Made by a program: the position numbers and the translations under genes. Under the pieces are notes generated by a model. The model saw only the letters and a list, made by a program, of their open reading frames with translations. It made no database searches and was not told the origin of the DNA. A DNA stretch of 43,863 nucleotides from Phycisphaeraceae bacterium (GTDB taxonomy: Bacteria; Planctomycetota; Phycisphaerae; Phycisphaerales; Zrk34), in contig JANQJT010000342.1 in assembly GCA_028281485.1 (NCBI GenBank), positions 1-43,863 on the forward strand, read 5' to 3'. Positions 1-7,302 of the stretch are shown piece by piece (within the stretch, counting starts at the first letter, position 1; every line of letters starts with the position of its first letter).

Positions 1-162
1 GATGTCCTCAGCGGCGCGCTCGAACGCGCGACGTGCCCCGCCCTTGCACACCCGGCCGGCCGAGACCAGCGACTGATCCATCGACAGCCCCCCCTCGTAC
101 GCCATCCGCCAGGCGCGCAGGGCCTCGGTCACGCGACGATTGATCGGATCGTTCAGCAGCAT
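1..162 (-). CDS. hypothetical protein, N-terminal 54 codons only (gene runs off the left edge)
   Basis: ATG at 162-160 on the minus strand lies 4 nt downstream of GAGGAGG. The frame stays open to base 1 (MLLNDPINRRVTEALRAWRMAYEGG...). No family recognised. Confidence 0.45.
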   Translation of the reverse strand, partial: MLLNDPINRRVTEALRAWRMAYEGGLSMDQSLVSAGRVCKGGARRAFERAAEDI

Positions 163-189
163 GAAGCCTCCTCGCCGTTAGTGGGTATG

Positions 190-209
190 CCGGAACTTCC
201 CGGAAACTT
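190..209. promoter_or_regulatory. imperfect tandem repeat CCGGAACTT-C-CCGGAAACTT containing the near-palindrome TTCCCGGAA; possible operator
   Basis: Read directly in the divergent intergenic region between the partial minus-strand gene (start 162) and the ABC ATPase (start 338). No known regulator assigned. Confidence 0.25.
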
Positions 210-337
210 ATCGGTTTTCTGGTAACGCGGGGGTGATTTTGCCGTCAATACGGTGGGGCGTGCTGTTATGCTTAATTCGCGCGGCGGCGCGCCCGGGTCG
301 CACGAAACCGCTGGACACATCATACGAGACCGGACTC

Positions 338-1318
338 ATGCCTGTCGACGATCTAGCCATCGATCTCAACCACGTGGAAAAAAGATTCGGCCGCTCCGTC
401 CACGCCCTGCGCGGCGTGAACATGCAGGTGCACGGCGGCGAGGTGTTCGGCCTGCTCGGGCCCAACGGCGCCGGCAAGAGCACCCTCGTCAAGATCATGA
501 TGACCGTGGTCCACGCCTCCCACGCCACCGGCACCATCCTCGGCCGCCGCATCGGCCACAAGCCCACCCTCAAACGCATTGGCTACCTGCCCGAGCACGC
601 CCGCTTCCCCAGCTACCTCTCGGGGCGACAGGTCATCGACTTCTTCGGTGCCATGGCCAAGATGCCCCGACCCCAGCGTCGCGTCCGTGTGGACCAGATG
701 CTCGAGCTGGTCGGCGCCGCCGAATACGCCGACCGCAAAATAAAAACTTACTCAAAAGGCATGCAGCAGCGGATCGGCCTGGCTCAGGCCATGGTGCACG
801 ATCCCGACCTGCTCGTCCTCGACGAGCCGACCGACGGCGTCGACCCCATCGGTCGACGCGACATCCGCGAGGCGCTGACGCAGATCCGCGATGACGGCAA
901 GACCGTCTTTATCAACAGCCACCTGCTCAGCGAACTGGAGATGGTCTGTGAACGCGTCGCCTTCCTCGTGCAGGGCCAGGTCGTCAAGCAGGGCCGCATC
1001 GAAGACCTCACCTTCGACCAGGTGCACTACCAGATCGTGCTCCATCGGCCCATGGGCGTAGAAGCGATCGGCTCAGCTTTAGCGGTCGAATGGGACGGGC
1101 AGATCGGCGCCTCGGTCACCGGCAAGACGGCCGAGGGACTGTTGCTCGAACTGACCGATTCCACGCTGACGCTCCGCTCCAGCGATCCGCTCGATGCCCA
1201 GCCGCTCATCGACCGGCTTCGTGCCGCGGACATGGTCATCACCGACGTGCGATCCGTCCGACCGACGCTCGAGGAACTGCTGCTCCAGGCCGTGGGTGAG
1301 AACGGGGGTGCGTCATGA
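338..1318 (+). CDS. ABC transporter ATP-binding protein (ABC-2 type) with a C-terminal extension
   Basis: Walker A GPNGAGKST, degenerate signature YSKGMQQRIGLAQA, Walker B LLVLDEPTDGVD, H-loop NSHLL. Start moved from the GTG at 233 to ATG 338 (MPVDDLAIDLNHVEKRF). The stop overlaps the next start (ATGA). Confidence 0.9.
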   Translation: MPVDDLAIDLNHVEKRFGRSVHALRGVNMQVHGGEVFGLLGPNGAGKSTLVKIMMTVVHASHATGTILGRRIGHKPTLKRIGYLPEHARFPSYLSGRQVIDFFGAMAKMPRPQRRVRVDQMLELVGAAEYADRKIKTYSKGMQQRIGLAQAMVHDPDLLVLDEPTDGVDPIGRRDIREALTQIRDDGKTVFINSHLLSELEMVCERVAFLVQGQVVKQGRIEDLTFDQVHYQIVLHRPMGVEAIGSALAVEWDGQIGASVTGKTAEGLLLELTDSTLTLRSSDPLDAQPLIDRLRAADMVITDVRSVRPTLEELLLQAVGENGGAS

Positions 1319-2451
1319 CACAGACCACCGCCCTGCTCATCGACGGCTACCGCCAGGTCAACGACAAGAAGCTGTTCTGGATCACCCTCGGCCTGTCGGG
1401 CCTGGTCGTGGCGATCATCGCGATGCTCGGCGTGACGCCGGAGGGCCTGAAGATCCTGATTTGGGAACTCAAGAACCCGGTATTCAACGCCACCGTCATG
1501 CCCCCGGCGGAGTTCTACAAGTACGTCTTCACGACGCTGGGCATCTCGATCTGGCTGGCGTGGATCGCCTCGATCCTCGCTCTGGTTTCGACCGGCAGCA
1601 TCTTTCCCGACTTTCTCGCGCAGGGATCGGTGGACCTGGTGCTATCGCGGCCGATCGGTCGTGTGAAGCTATTCTTCGTCAAGTATCTCTCCGGCCTGCT
1701 CTTTGCGGCGCTGCAGGTCACCGTCTTCACCGTCGGCAGCTTTCTGGTGATCGGCGTGCGCGGCGGCGTGTGGGAGCCGGGCCTGTTCATCGCCATCCCC
1801 GTCTTCGTGCTCTTCTTCAGCTACCTGTTCTCCATCTGCGTCTTCCTCGGTGTGCTCTCGCGCTCATCGATGTTGGCGATCCTCGTCACGATCCTCCTGT
1901 GGTTCTGCCTGTTTATCGTCAACAGCACGGACGGCATGGTCAGCATGATCAAGGCGCAGATGGAAGTGAAGGTCGAGCGGCTCGAGCGCGAGCTCGCCGA
2001 AGCGCAAGCCGAATCCATAGTCACTGTTGAAGCCGAGCCCGACGCTGAGGCTCCCGTAGAAGGCGAAAGTGAGCCGGAAACCCAGCCCGAAGAAGAAGCC
2101 GAGTCCGCTGCCGACATCGAACACCTGGCGGATCGCATCGAAGACGCACGCGGAGAGGTTCGCACGATTCAGCGCGTGGCCGACACCATCATTGGTATCA
2201 AGACCGTTATGCCGAAGACGGGTGAGACGATCGGCTTGTTGGAGCGATGGCTGATCGATACCGCCCACCTGCCGCGACAACGCGTCGACGGCAACGCCTC
2301 GCGCTGGCAACTCGATCAGCGGGCCGCAGAAGACAAGCTGATCGAGAACTTGCGCGGCCGCTCGGTGTCATGGATCATCGGCACGTCCGTGATCTTCGAG
2401 TGCGTGCTGCTGCTGCTGGCGTGCTGGCGGTTCAGCCGACGCGATTTCTAA
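1315..2451 (+). CDS. ABC-2 family permease with an acidic coiled-coil insert
   Basis: Multiple hydrophobic spans and the family motif LVLSRPIGRVKLFFVKYLSG, which recurs in the permeases at 18916 and 25712. It has a 4-nt overlap with the upstream ATPase. An E/A/P-rich insert lies at about 1951-2165. Confidence 0.8.
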   Translation: MTQTTALLIDGYRQVNDKKLFWITLGLSGLVVAIIAMLGVTPEGLKILIWELKNPVFNATVMPPAEFYKYVFTTLGISIWLAWIASILALVSTGSIFPDFLAQGSVDLVLSRPIGRVKLFFVKYLSGLLFAALQVTVFTVGSFLVIGVRGGVWEPGLFIAIPVFVLFFSYLFSICVFLGVLSRSSMLAILVTILLWFCLFIVNSTDGMVSMIKAQMEVKVERLERELAEAQAESIVTVEAEPDAEAPVEGESEPETQPEEEAESAADIEHLADRIEDARGEVRTIQRVADTIIGIKTVMPKTGETIGLLERWLIDTAHLPRQRVDGNASRWQLDQRAAEDKLIENLRGRSVSWIIGTSVIFECVLLLLACWRFSRRDF

Positions 2452-2601
2452 CCGGTCTATCACCCGTTCAGGTGATACGAGGGATGATCGAACGAACACT
2501 CGATTTCATCGATTCCGATTGTTTTCTGCGTAATTGAGCAGTCACCGCAGCGTTATTCTCATAGCGGGTCGGTGATCGCTGTGCCCAGGACACATCTGAC
2601 G

Positions 2602-3144
2602 ATGACACTTCAAAGACAACGCGTGGATCGATCGGGATTTACCCTCGTGGAGATGCTCGTTGTCATCGGCGTGATCGCGGTGTTGATCGGTATCACCATG
2701 CCCGCACTGAATATGGCTGTCACGCAAAGCAACCGCGTGATTTGTATGTCCAATCTTCGGCAGATCGGCGTCGCGTTTCAGACCTACCGCGATGGCCACG
2801 GCCGATCGGTGCCCATCTGCCAGTCGCTGCCCGTTGATCCCACACGCGAATCGCTGGTGTCCGTGCTCGATGGCGACGGCTTCGATGCCGGCAAGGTCTG
2901 GCGTTGCCCATCCGATGATGAGCTCTACGCCGCGATCGGCACCAGCTACGAGTACATACTCGGCCCGATGGGAACCATGTTCGGCGGTTCGCCGCGTGAG
3001 TTCGGCGTCACGCTCAACGCAACCAATCAAGCCACCATGCCCGTGCTATTCGACGCCAGCGGCTGGCACCCCGGCGGTCCCGAAGGTGTCGATCGCAACG
3101 CGCTCTATCTCGATGGTCACGTCGACTGGTTCACGAGCGGGTAG
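2602..3144 (+). CDS. prepilin-type N-terminal cleavage/methylation domain protein (type II pseudopilin-like, planctomycete DUF1559-like)
   Basis: GFTLVEMLVVIGVIAVLIGITMPAL is the classic G/FTLxE methylation motif plus a hydrophobic helix. The C-terminal NALYLDGHVDWF resembles the conserved ...DG(H/S)V end of this family. Start set at ATG 2602. Confidence 0.8.
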   Translation: MTLQRQRVDRSGFTLVEMLVVIGVIAVLIGITMPALNMAVTQSNRVICMSNLRQIGVAFQTYRDGHGRSVPICQSLPVDPTRESLVSVLDGDGFDAGKVWRCPSDDELYAAIGTSYEYILGPMGTMFGGSPREFGVTLNATNQATMPVLFDASGWHPGGPEGVDRNALYLDGHVDWFTSG

Positions 3145-3165
3145 CGGTCGATCACGGAGAAGACC

Positions 3166-3777
3166 ATGTCCAACGCCGTCAAGCTGACTATCGGCAGCGT
3201 GCTGCTCGTCATCGGGCTGGGCCTGGTGATCCGCTACTTCGTCACGCGGCCGCCGGACCCACAGACCGCCGATGTGGAAACGCTCGGTCGGTTCGTCATG
3301 TCGGACCGGTTTGGCGAGATGAGTGTCGAGCAGCGCCAGCCGTATGTCGAGGCCGTGTTCGACAAGATGGACGAGGTGACCCCCGAGGTGCGCGAGCGGC
3401 TTGGCGACAAGATTCGCGAGCGCTACGAAGAGGACGAGGACGCCGCACAGAAGGCCATGATGACTTTCATGATGAGCATGATGGCCAATCGCGCCCGCGC
3501 TTATCACGAGATGACGCCCGAGCAGAAGGCCGAGCACCTGCGGAAAATCCGGGCCGGCGAGGCGGGGGGCGTGTTCGGCAATCGGCCGCCCCCGCGGCGC
3601 ACCGAGGCCGAGCGTCGACAGGGCCGGGCTGAGGCACAACGCCGGCTGGCCAACGACGACGGCACGATGCAGCGCCAGATGAACGAGATAATGATCCGGA
3701 TGATCCAGGTCTCCGAGCCCGAGGACCGGGCCATGATGTTCAACTACTTCTCGGATATCCAGGAATCCATGCGATAG
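3166..3777 (+). CDS. membrane-anchored helical protein, Met-rich, with LTXXQ-like (MSVEQ, MTPEQ) motifs
   Basis: ATG follows GGAGA. N-terminal TM LTIGSVLLVIGLGLVIRYF. Met cluster AMMTFMMSMMA. Two xT/SxEQ motifs are reminiscent of Spy/CpxP-type proteins. The family assignment is tentative. Confidence 0.6.
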   Translation: MSNAVKLTIGSVLLVIGLGLVIRYFVTRPPDPQTADVETLGRFVMSDRFGEMSVEQRQPYVEAVFDKMDEVTPEVRERLGDKIRERYEEDEDAAQKAMMTFMMSMMANRARAYHEMTPEQKAEHLRKIRAGEAGGVFGNRPPPRRTEAERRQGRAEAQRRLANDDGTMQRQMNEIMIRMIQVSEPEDRAMMFNYFSDIQESMR

Positions 3778-3798
3778 GCCCGCCCGGGGGATAGTCGC

Positions 3799-3804
3799 TA
3801 TAAT
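3799..3804 (+). promoter_or_regulatory. candidate -10 hexamer (perfect TATAAT) upstream of purU
   Basis: TATAAT read directly; it ends 28 nt before the purU ATG. No convincing -35 element is seen. Confidence 0.3.
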
Positions 3805-3831
3805 CGTCGCCCCCTTCGGAGGTACGAGGCT

Positions 3832-4728
3832 ATGGCGGACAGGGTTACAGCGGTGGTCAGCGTTCTGGGCCAGGATCAGAAGGGTGCCGTGGCGCGCTTC
3901 GCGACCTACCTGGCCGAGCGCGGCATCAACATCGAAGACATCCAACAACACGTCGTGCGCGGCATGTTCGTCATGGACATGCTCGTCGACCTCGCCGACA
4001 TGACCATCAGCCTCGACGAGCTGATCACGGGCCTGCTCGAGACCGGCAAGACGATCAACATGGAAGTCCGCGTCGCCCTGCGCAGCGACAAGAAGGAAAG
4101 CAAGATCGCCGTGCTGGTCAGCAAGGAACCGCACTGCCTCGAACACATCCTCGCCGACGCGCGCGAGGGCAAGTACCGCGGCACGATCGACGTGATCCTT
4201 TCCAACCACGAGGTGCTCCGCCCGATCGCCGAACAAGCGGGGATCGACTTCGAATGGATGCCCTCGACCGACAAGCCCGCCCACATGACCTGGCTGCGCG
4301 AGACCATGCAGCGGCGCGGCATCGACCTCGGCCTGCTCGCCCGCTACATGCAGATCCTCACGCCCGATGTCGTCGAGGCCTTCCCCCACAAGATTATCAA
4401 CATCCACCCCTCCCTCCTGCCGTTCTTCCCCGGCGCCAAGCCGTACCACCAGGCCTGGGAACAGGGCGTGCGCGTCAGCGGTTGCACGGCCCACTTCGTC
4501 ACCGAAGACCTCGACGAGGGCCCGATCATCCTCCAGGACGTGTTTCACATCGACATCGGCAGCGACACCCCCGAAGACGTGCGGCGCAAGGGCCTGCAGC
4601 TCGAAGCGGAGGTGCTCAGCAAGGCCGCGCAGTACTTCCTCAACGAACAGCTCGTCGTCGTCGATGGGAGCGTCGTCTTCAAGCCCGGCCTCAGCACGCT
4701 GGAAGGCCTCGGCGACCCGGAACGCTAA
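3832..4728 (+). CDS. purU: formyltetrahydrofolate deformylase
   Basis: N-terminal ACT-like domain (VVSVLGQDQKGAVARFATYLAERGINIEDI) plus a formyltransferase core (INIHPSLLPFFPGAKPYHQAWEQGVRVSGCTAHFVTEDLDEGPIILQDV). The core aligns closely with E. coli PurU as I remember it. GGAGG RBS present. Confidence 0.9.
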   Translation: MADRVTAVVSVLGQDQKGAVARFATYLAERGINIEDIQQHVVRGMFVMDMLVDLADMTISLDELITGLLETGKTINMEVRVALRSDKKESKIAVLVSKEPHCLEHILADAREGKYRGTIDVILSNHEVLRPIAEQAGIDFEWMPSTDKPAHMTWLRETMQRRGIDLGLLARYMQILTPDVVEAFPHKIINIHPSLLPFFPGAKPYHQAWEQGVRVSGCTAHFVTEDLDEGPIILQDVFHIDIGSDTPEDVRRKGLQLEAEVLSKAAQYFLNEQLVVVDGSVVFKPGLSTLEGLGDPER

Positions 4729-4750
4729 GCCTCGCGATCCATCACGGATA

Positions 4751-4786
4751 AAAAACAACCGGTCCTCATGGGGCCGGTTTTTTATT
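4751..4786. terminator. bidirectional rho-independent terminator between convergent purU and the sigma factor gene
   Basis: AAAAACAACCGGTCC-tcatgg-GGCCGGTTTTTTATT: a GC stem with one bulge, flanked by an A-run on the left and a T-run on the right. Confidence 0.7.
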
Positions 4787-4807
4787 GGTTTCAGTTGTAA
4801 TCGGATC

Positions 4808-5749
4808 TTACATCGCGCGGCGTGTGGCGTTGCCGTTTCCATTGCCCGCCACGCGAGCGCCCGCCTCGGACAGGCCGACCGTCGACAGGCCCTCGTTGGC
4901 CCGGCTGATGCGCGAGTTCAGCTTGCTCAGCGCCTCGGCTTCGATCTGCCGCACGCGCTCACGCGTCAGACCCACGCGCTGACCGATCTCCTTGAGCGTC
5001 AGCGGCTCCTCGCCGTCTAGCCCGAAACGCAGACGGAGGATCGTGCCCTCGCGCTCGTCGATCGCGTCGAGCAGCTTGTAGATGGTGTGGATCTCGTCCT
5101 CAGCCAGCACCGCCTGCTCCGGCGAGGGCGTGCGGTCGTCGGCGAGGATGTCGCCCAGCGAGACCTGCTCGCCGTCCGTGCTGACCGGGCCCTGGCTGGG
5201 CCGCTGGAACGCGCGGATGGCGTGCTTGATCATGCGGATCTTCTCCGGCGGCACGTCCATCGCCTTGGCCAGCTCTTCCTGCGTGGGCTGACGACCGAAC
5301 TCGTCCTCGAACTCACGCATCACGCGCTTGCACTGCGCGACCAGCTCGACCATGTAAGCGGGCACGTGGATCGGCTGCACCGCGTTGATCAGCGACCGCT
5401 TGATGGCCTGCTTGATCCACCACGACGCGTACGTGCTGAACCGCGCGCCCTGCGTGGGGTCGAAAGACTCGACCGCCTTGAGCAGGCCGATGTTGCCCTC
5501 TTCGATCAGGTCGATCAGGGGCAGGCCGCGGTTGGAGTAATTCTTGGCGATGGAAACCACGAGACGGAGATTGGCGCGGGCCATGTGATCGCGCGCCTGG
5601 GGACAGCTATCGCGGATGATCCGCCACGCCAGTTCCTTCTCCTCATCAGCGCTCAACAAGGGGACCTCGTTGATCTGCTTGAGGTAGAGCTGCAAACCGC
5701 TCGGTACTTCGCTAGATCGTGACATGACCTCTAACGACCCTCCGCTCAT
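4808..5749 (-). CDS. RNA polymerase sigma-70 family factor, RpoD/RpoS-like (regions 1.2-4, no region 1.1)
   Basis: LYLKQINEVPLLSADEE (region 1.2), NLRLVVSIAKNYSNRGLPLIDLIEEGNIGLLKAVESFD (2.1-2.3), FSTYASWWIKQAIKR (2.4), TLKEIGQRVGLTRERVRQIEAEAL (4.2). Alternative start at 5725. Confidence 0.88.
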   Translation of the reverse strand: MSGGSLEVMSRSSEVPSGLQLYLKQINEVPLLSADEEKELAWRIIRDSCPQARDHMARANLRLVVSIAKNYSNRGLPLIDLIEEGNIGLLKAVESFDPTQGARFSTYASWWIKQAIKRSLINAVQPIHVPAYMVELVAQCKRVMREFEDEFGRQPTQEELAKAMDVPPEKIRMIKHAIRAFQRPSQGPVSTDGEQVSLGDILADDRTPSPEQAVLAEDEIHTIYKLLDAIDEREGTILRLRFGLDGEEPLTLKEIGQRVGLTRERVRQIEAEALSKLNSRISRANEGLSTVGLSEAGARVAGNGNGNATRRAM

Positions 5750-5978
5750 CGCGACACCTAACGGATCCGACAGGCTCCGGCGTTATGGCATCGCGAGGCA
5801 TTGTATCCGTGAAAAGGGCCTACTGACCAATACAACGTTAAACTAACTTCCACCACGACCTCTCAGCAGTCGCATTCCCTGATTGTTTTTTCGGTTCACC
5901 GCGAGATCGGCTTAACCCCAGATCAGGGTATCGGACATGAATGCCGATCGGCCAAGGAACCCCTCCCGAAGAACTGTC

Positions 5979-5984
5979 TATAAT
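5979..5984 (+). promoter_or_regulatory. candidate -10 hexamer (perfect TATAAT) upstream of nadA
   Basis: TATAAT read directly; it ends 44 nt before the nadA ATG at 6028. No clear -35 element. Confidence 0.3.
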
Positions 5985-6027
5985 ACCAACTGGCCACGCC
6001 AAGAAAAGCCCAAAATCGGAGTTTACG

Positions 6028-7224
6028 ATGCTCTGGCAGCCCGCATTACCGGACAATTATCGCGCCATGGACGCCGACGCCCTCGACCGGGCGATACAGG
6101 CCAGAAAGGCCGAATTCGGCGACCGCCTCGTCATCCTCGGTCACCACTATCAACAGGACGACGTCATCCGGCACGCCGATTTCACCGGCGATTCGTTCAA
6201 GCTCAGCCAGCTCGCCGCCGAGAAAGTGCGTCAAGTTGGAGCCGAGTTCGTCGTGTTCTGCGGCGTGCACTTCATGGCCGAGTCCGCCGACATCCTCGCC
6301 CCCGACGGAACGACCGTCATCCTCCCCGACCTCTCGGCCGGCTGTTCCATGGCGGACATGGCCGCCGATGACGACGTCGAAGACGCCTGGAATCAGATCA
6401 ACGCCGTGCTCGAAGAGGCGCACTTCAACGGACGCGTCGTACCCATCACCTACATGAACAGCTCCGCGGCGATCAAGGCGTTCGTCGGTGAGCACGGCGG
6501 CGCGGTGTGCACCAGCTCCAACGCGCGCTCGATCCTCGAGTGGGCGTTCGCCGGCGGTGACGAGCCGCTGCGCGAAGGCGAAAAGATCAAGCTGCTGTTC
6601 CTGCCCGACCAACACCTCGGCCGAAACACCGCCGCGGACCTCGGCTACGACATCCACACCCAAATGTGTCTCTGGGACCCACAAGCGCCCGCGGGCCTGG
6701 GCGGCTGCGATGCGCAGACCATCGTGCAAAGCGACGTGATCCTCTGGAAGGGGCACTGCTCCGTGCACAAGCTGTTCCGCCCGGAACACGTCGACCAGAT
6801 CAAGGCCCAGCAGCCCGGCACCACCGTCATCGTTCACCCCGAGTGTGAACACGACGTGGTGCGCAAGGCCGACCTGTCCGGTTCAACCGAGGCGATCATC
6901 TGCGCCATCGACGCCGCCGAATCCGGCAGCAAGTGGGCTGTCGGCACCGAGGTGCACCTGGTCAGCCGTCTGTCGCAATCCGCCGTCGAGCGTGGCGTTT
7001 CCGTCCGCATCCTCTCCGACTGCCAGTGCCTCTGCACCACGATGTACCGTATCGATCCCCAGCACCTGCTGTGGGTCCTGGACAACCTGGCCGAGGGCAA
7101 CGTCGTCAACCAGGTCGCCGTGGACGAGCAGACCACGCGCTGGTCGCAGGTCGCCCTGGAGCGGATGCTACAGATCACGGGCAAGACTTCGGTCGCCTCG
7201 GCCGTGCCGCAGCCGATCGATTAA
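6028..7224 (+). CDS. nadA: quinolinate synthase
   Basis: LVILGHHYQQDDV, FCGVHFMAESADIL, LSAGCSMADMA, VIVHPECEHDV and CQCLCTTMYRI match NadA-family blocks, including the Cys ligands. Start set at ATG 6028 (MLWQPALPDNY) rather than 5941. Confidence 0.9.
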   Translation: MLWQPALPDNYRAMDADALDRAIQARKAEFGDRLVILGHHYQQDDVIRHADFTGDSFKLSQLAAEKVRQVGAEFVVFCGVHFMAESADILAPDGTTVILPDLSAGCSMADMAADDDVEDAWNQINAVLEEAHFNGRVVPITYMNSSAAIKAFVGEHGGAVCTSSNARSILEWAFAGGDEPLREGEKIKLLFLPDQHLGRNTAADLGYDIHTQMCLWDPQAPAGLGGCDAQTIVQSDVILWKGHCSVHKLFRPEHVDQIKAQQPGTTVIVHPECEHDVVRKADLSGSTEAIICAIDAAESGSKWAVGTEVHLVSRLSQSAVERGVSVRILSDCQCLCTTMYRIDPQHLLWVLDNLAEGNVVNQVAVDEQTTRWSQVALERMLQITGKTSVASAVPQPID

Positions 7225-7302
7225 TCCTTCAAATCGAACCCGCCCGGGGCGTCAGTCGGCGTACAATACCCAAGCCGCCGGGTTATTTGTGAAGGGAACG
7301 TG

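Noticed and set aside
233-337. Upstream GTG start for the first ABC ATPase; similar upstream extensions at 5941 (nadA), 2572 (pseudopilin), 37094 (nfo), 38500 (CPBP) and 12220 (hydrolase)
   Set aside because: In each case the conserved N-terminus of the family, or a signal peptide, begins at an internal ATG with a better RBS. The extensions add non-homologous residues.
3046-4842. 598-aa ORF on the minus strand spanning the 3166 gene and purU in antisense
   Set aside because: It lies fully opposite two genes with strong motif support. Its sequence is Ala/Arg/Gly/Asp/His/Val-rich with no motifs, the usual stop-codon-poor antisense frame of high-G+C DNA.
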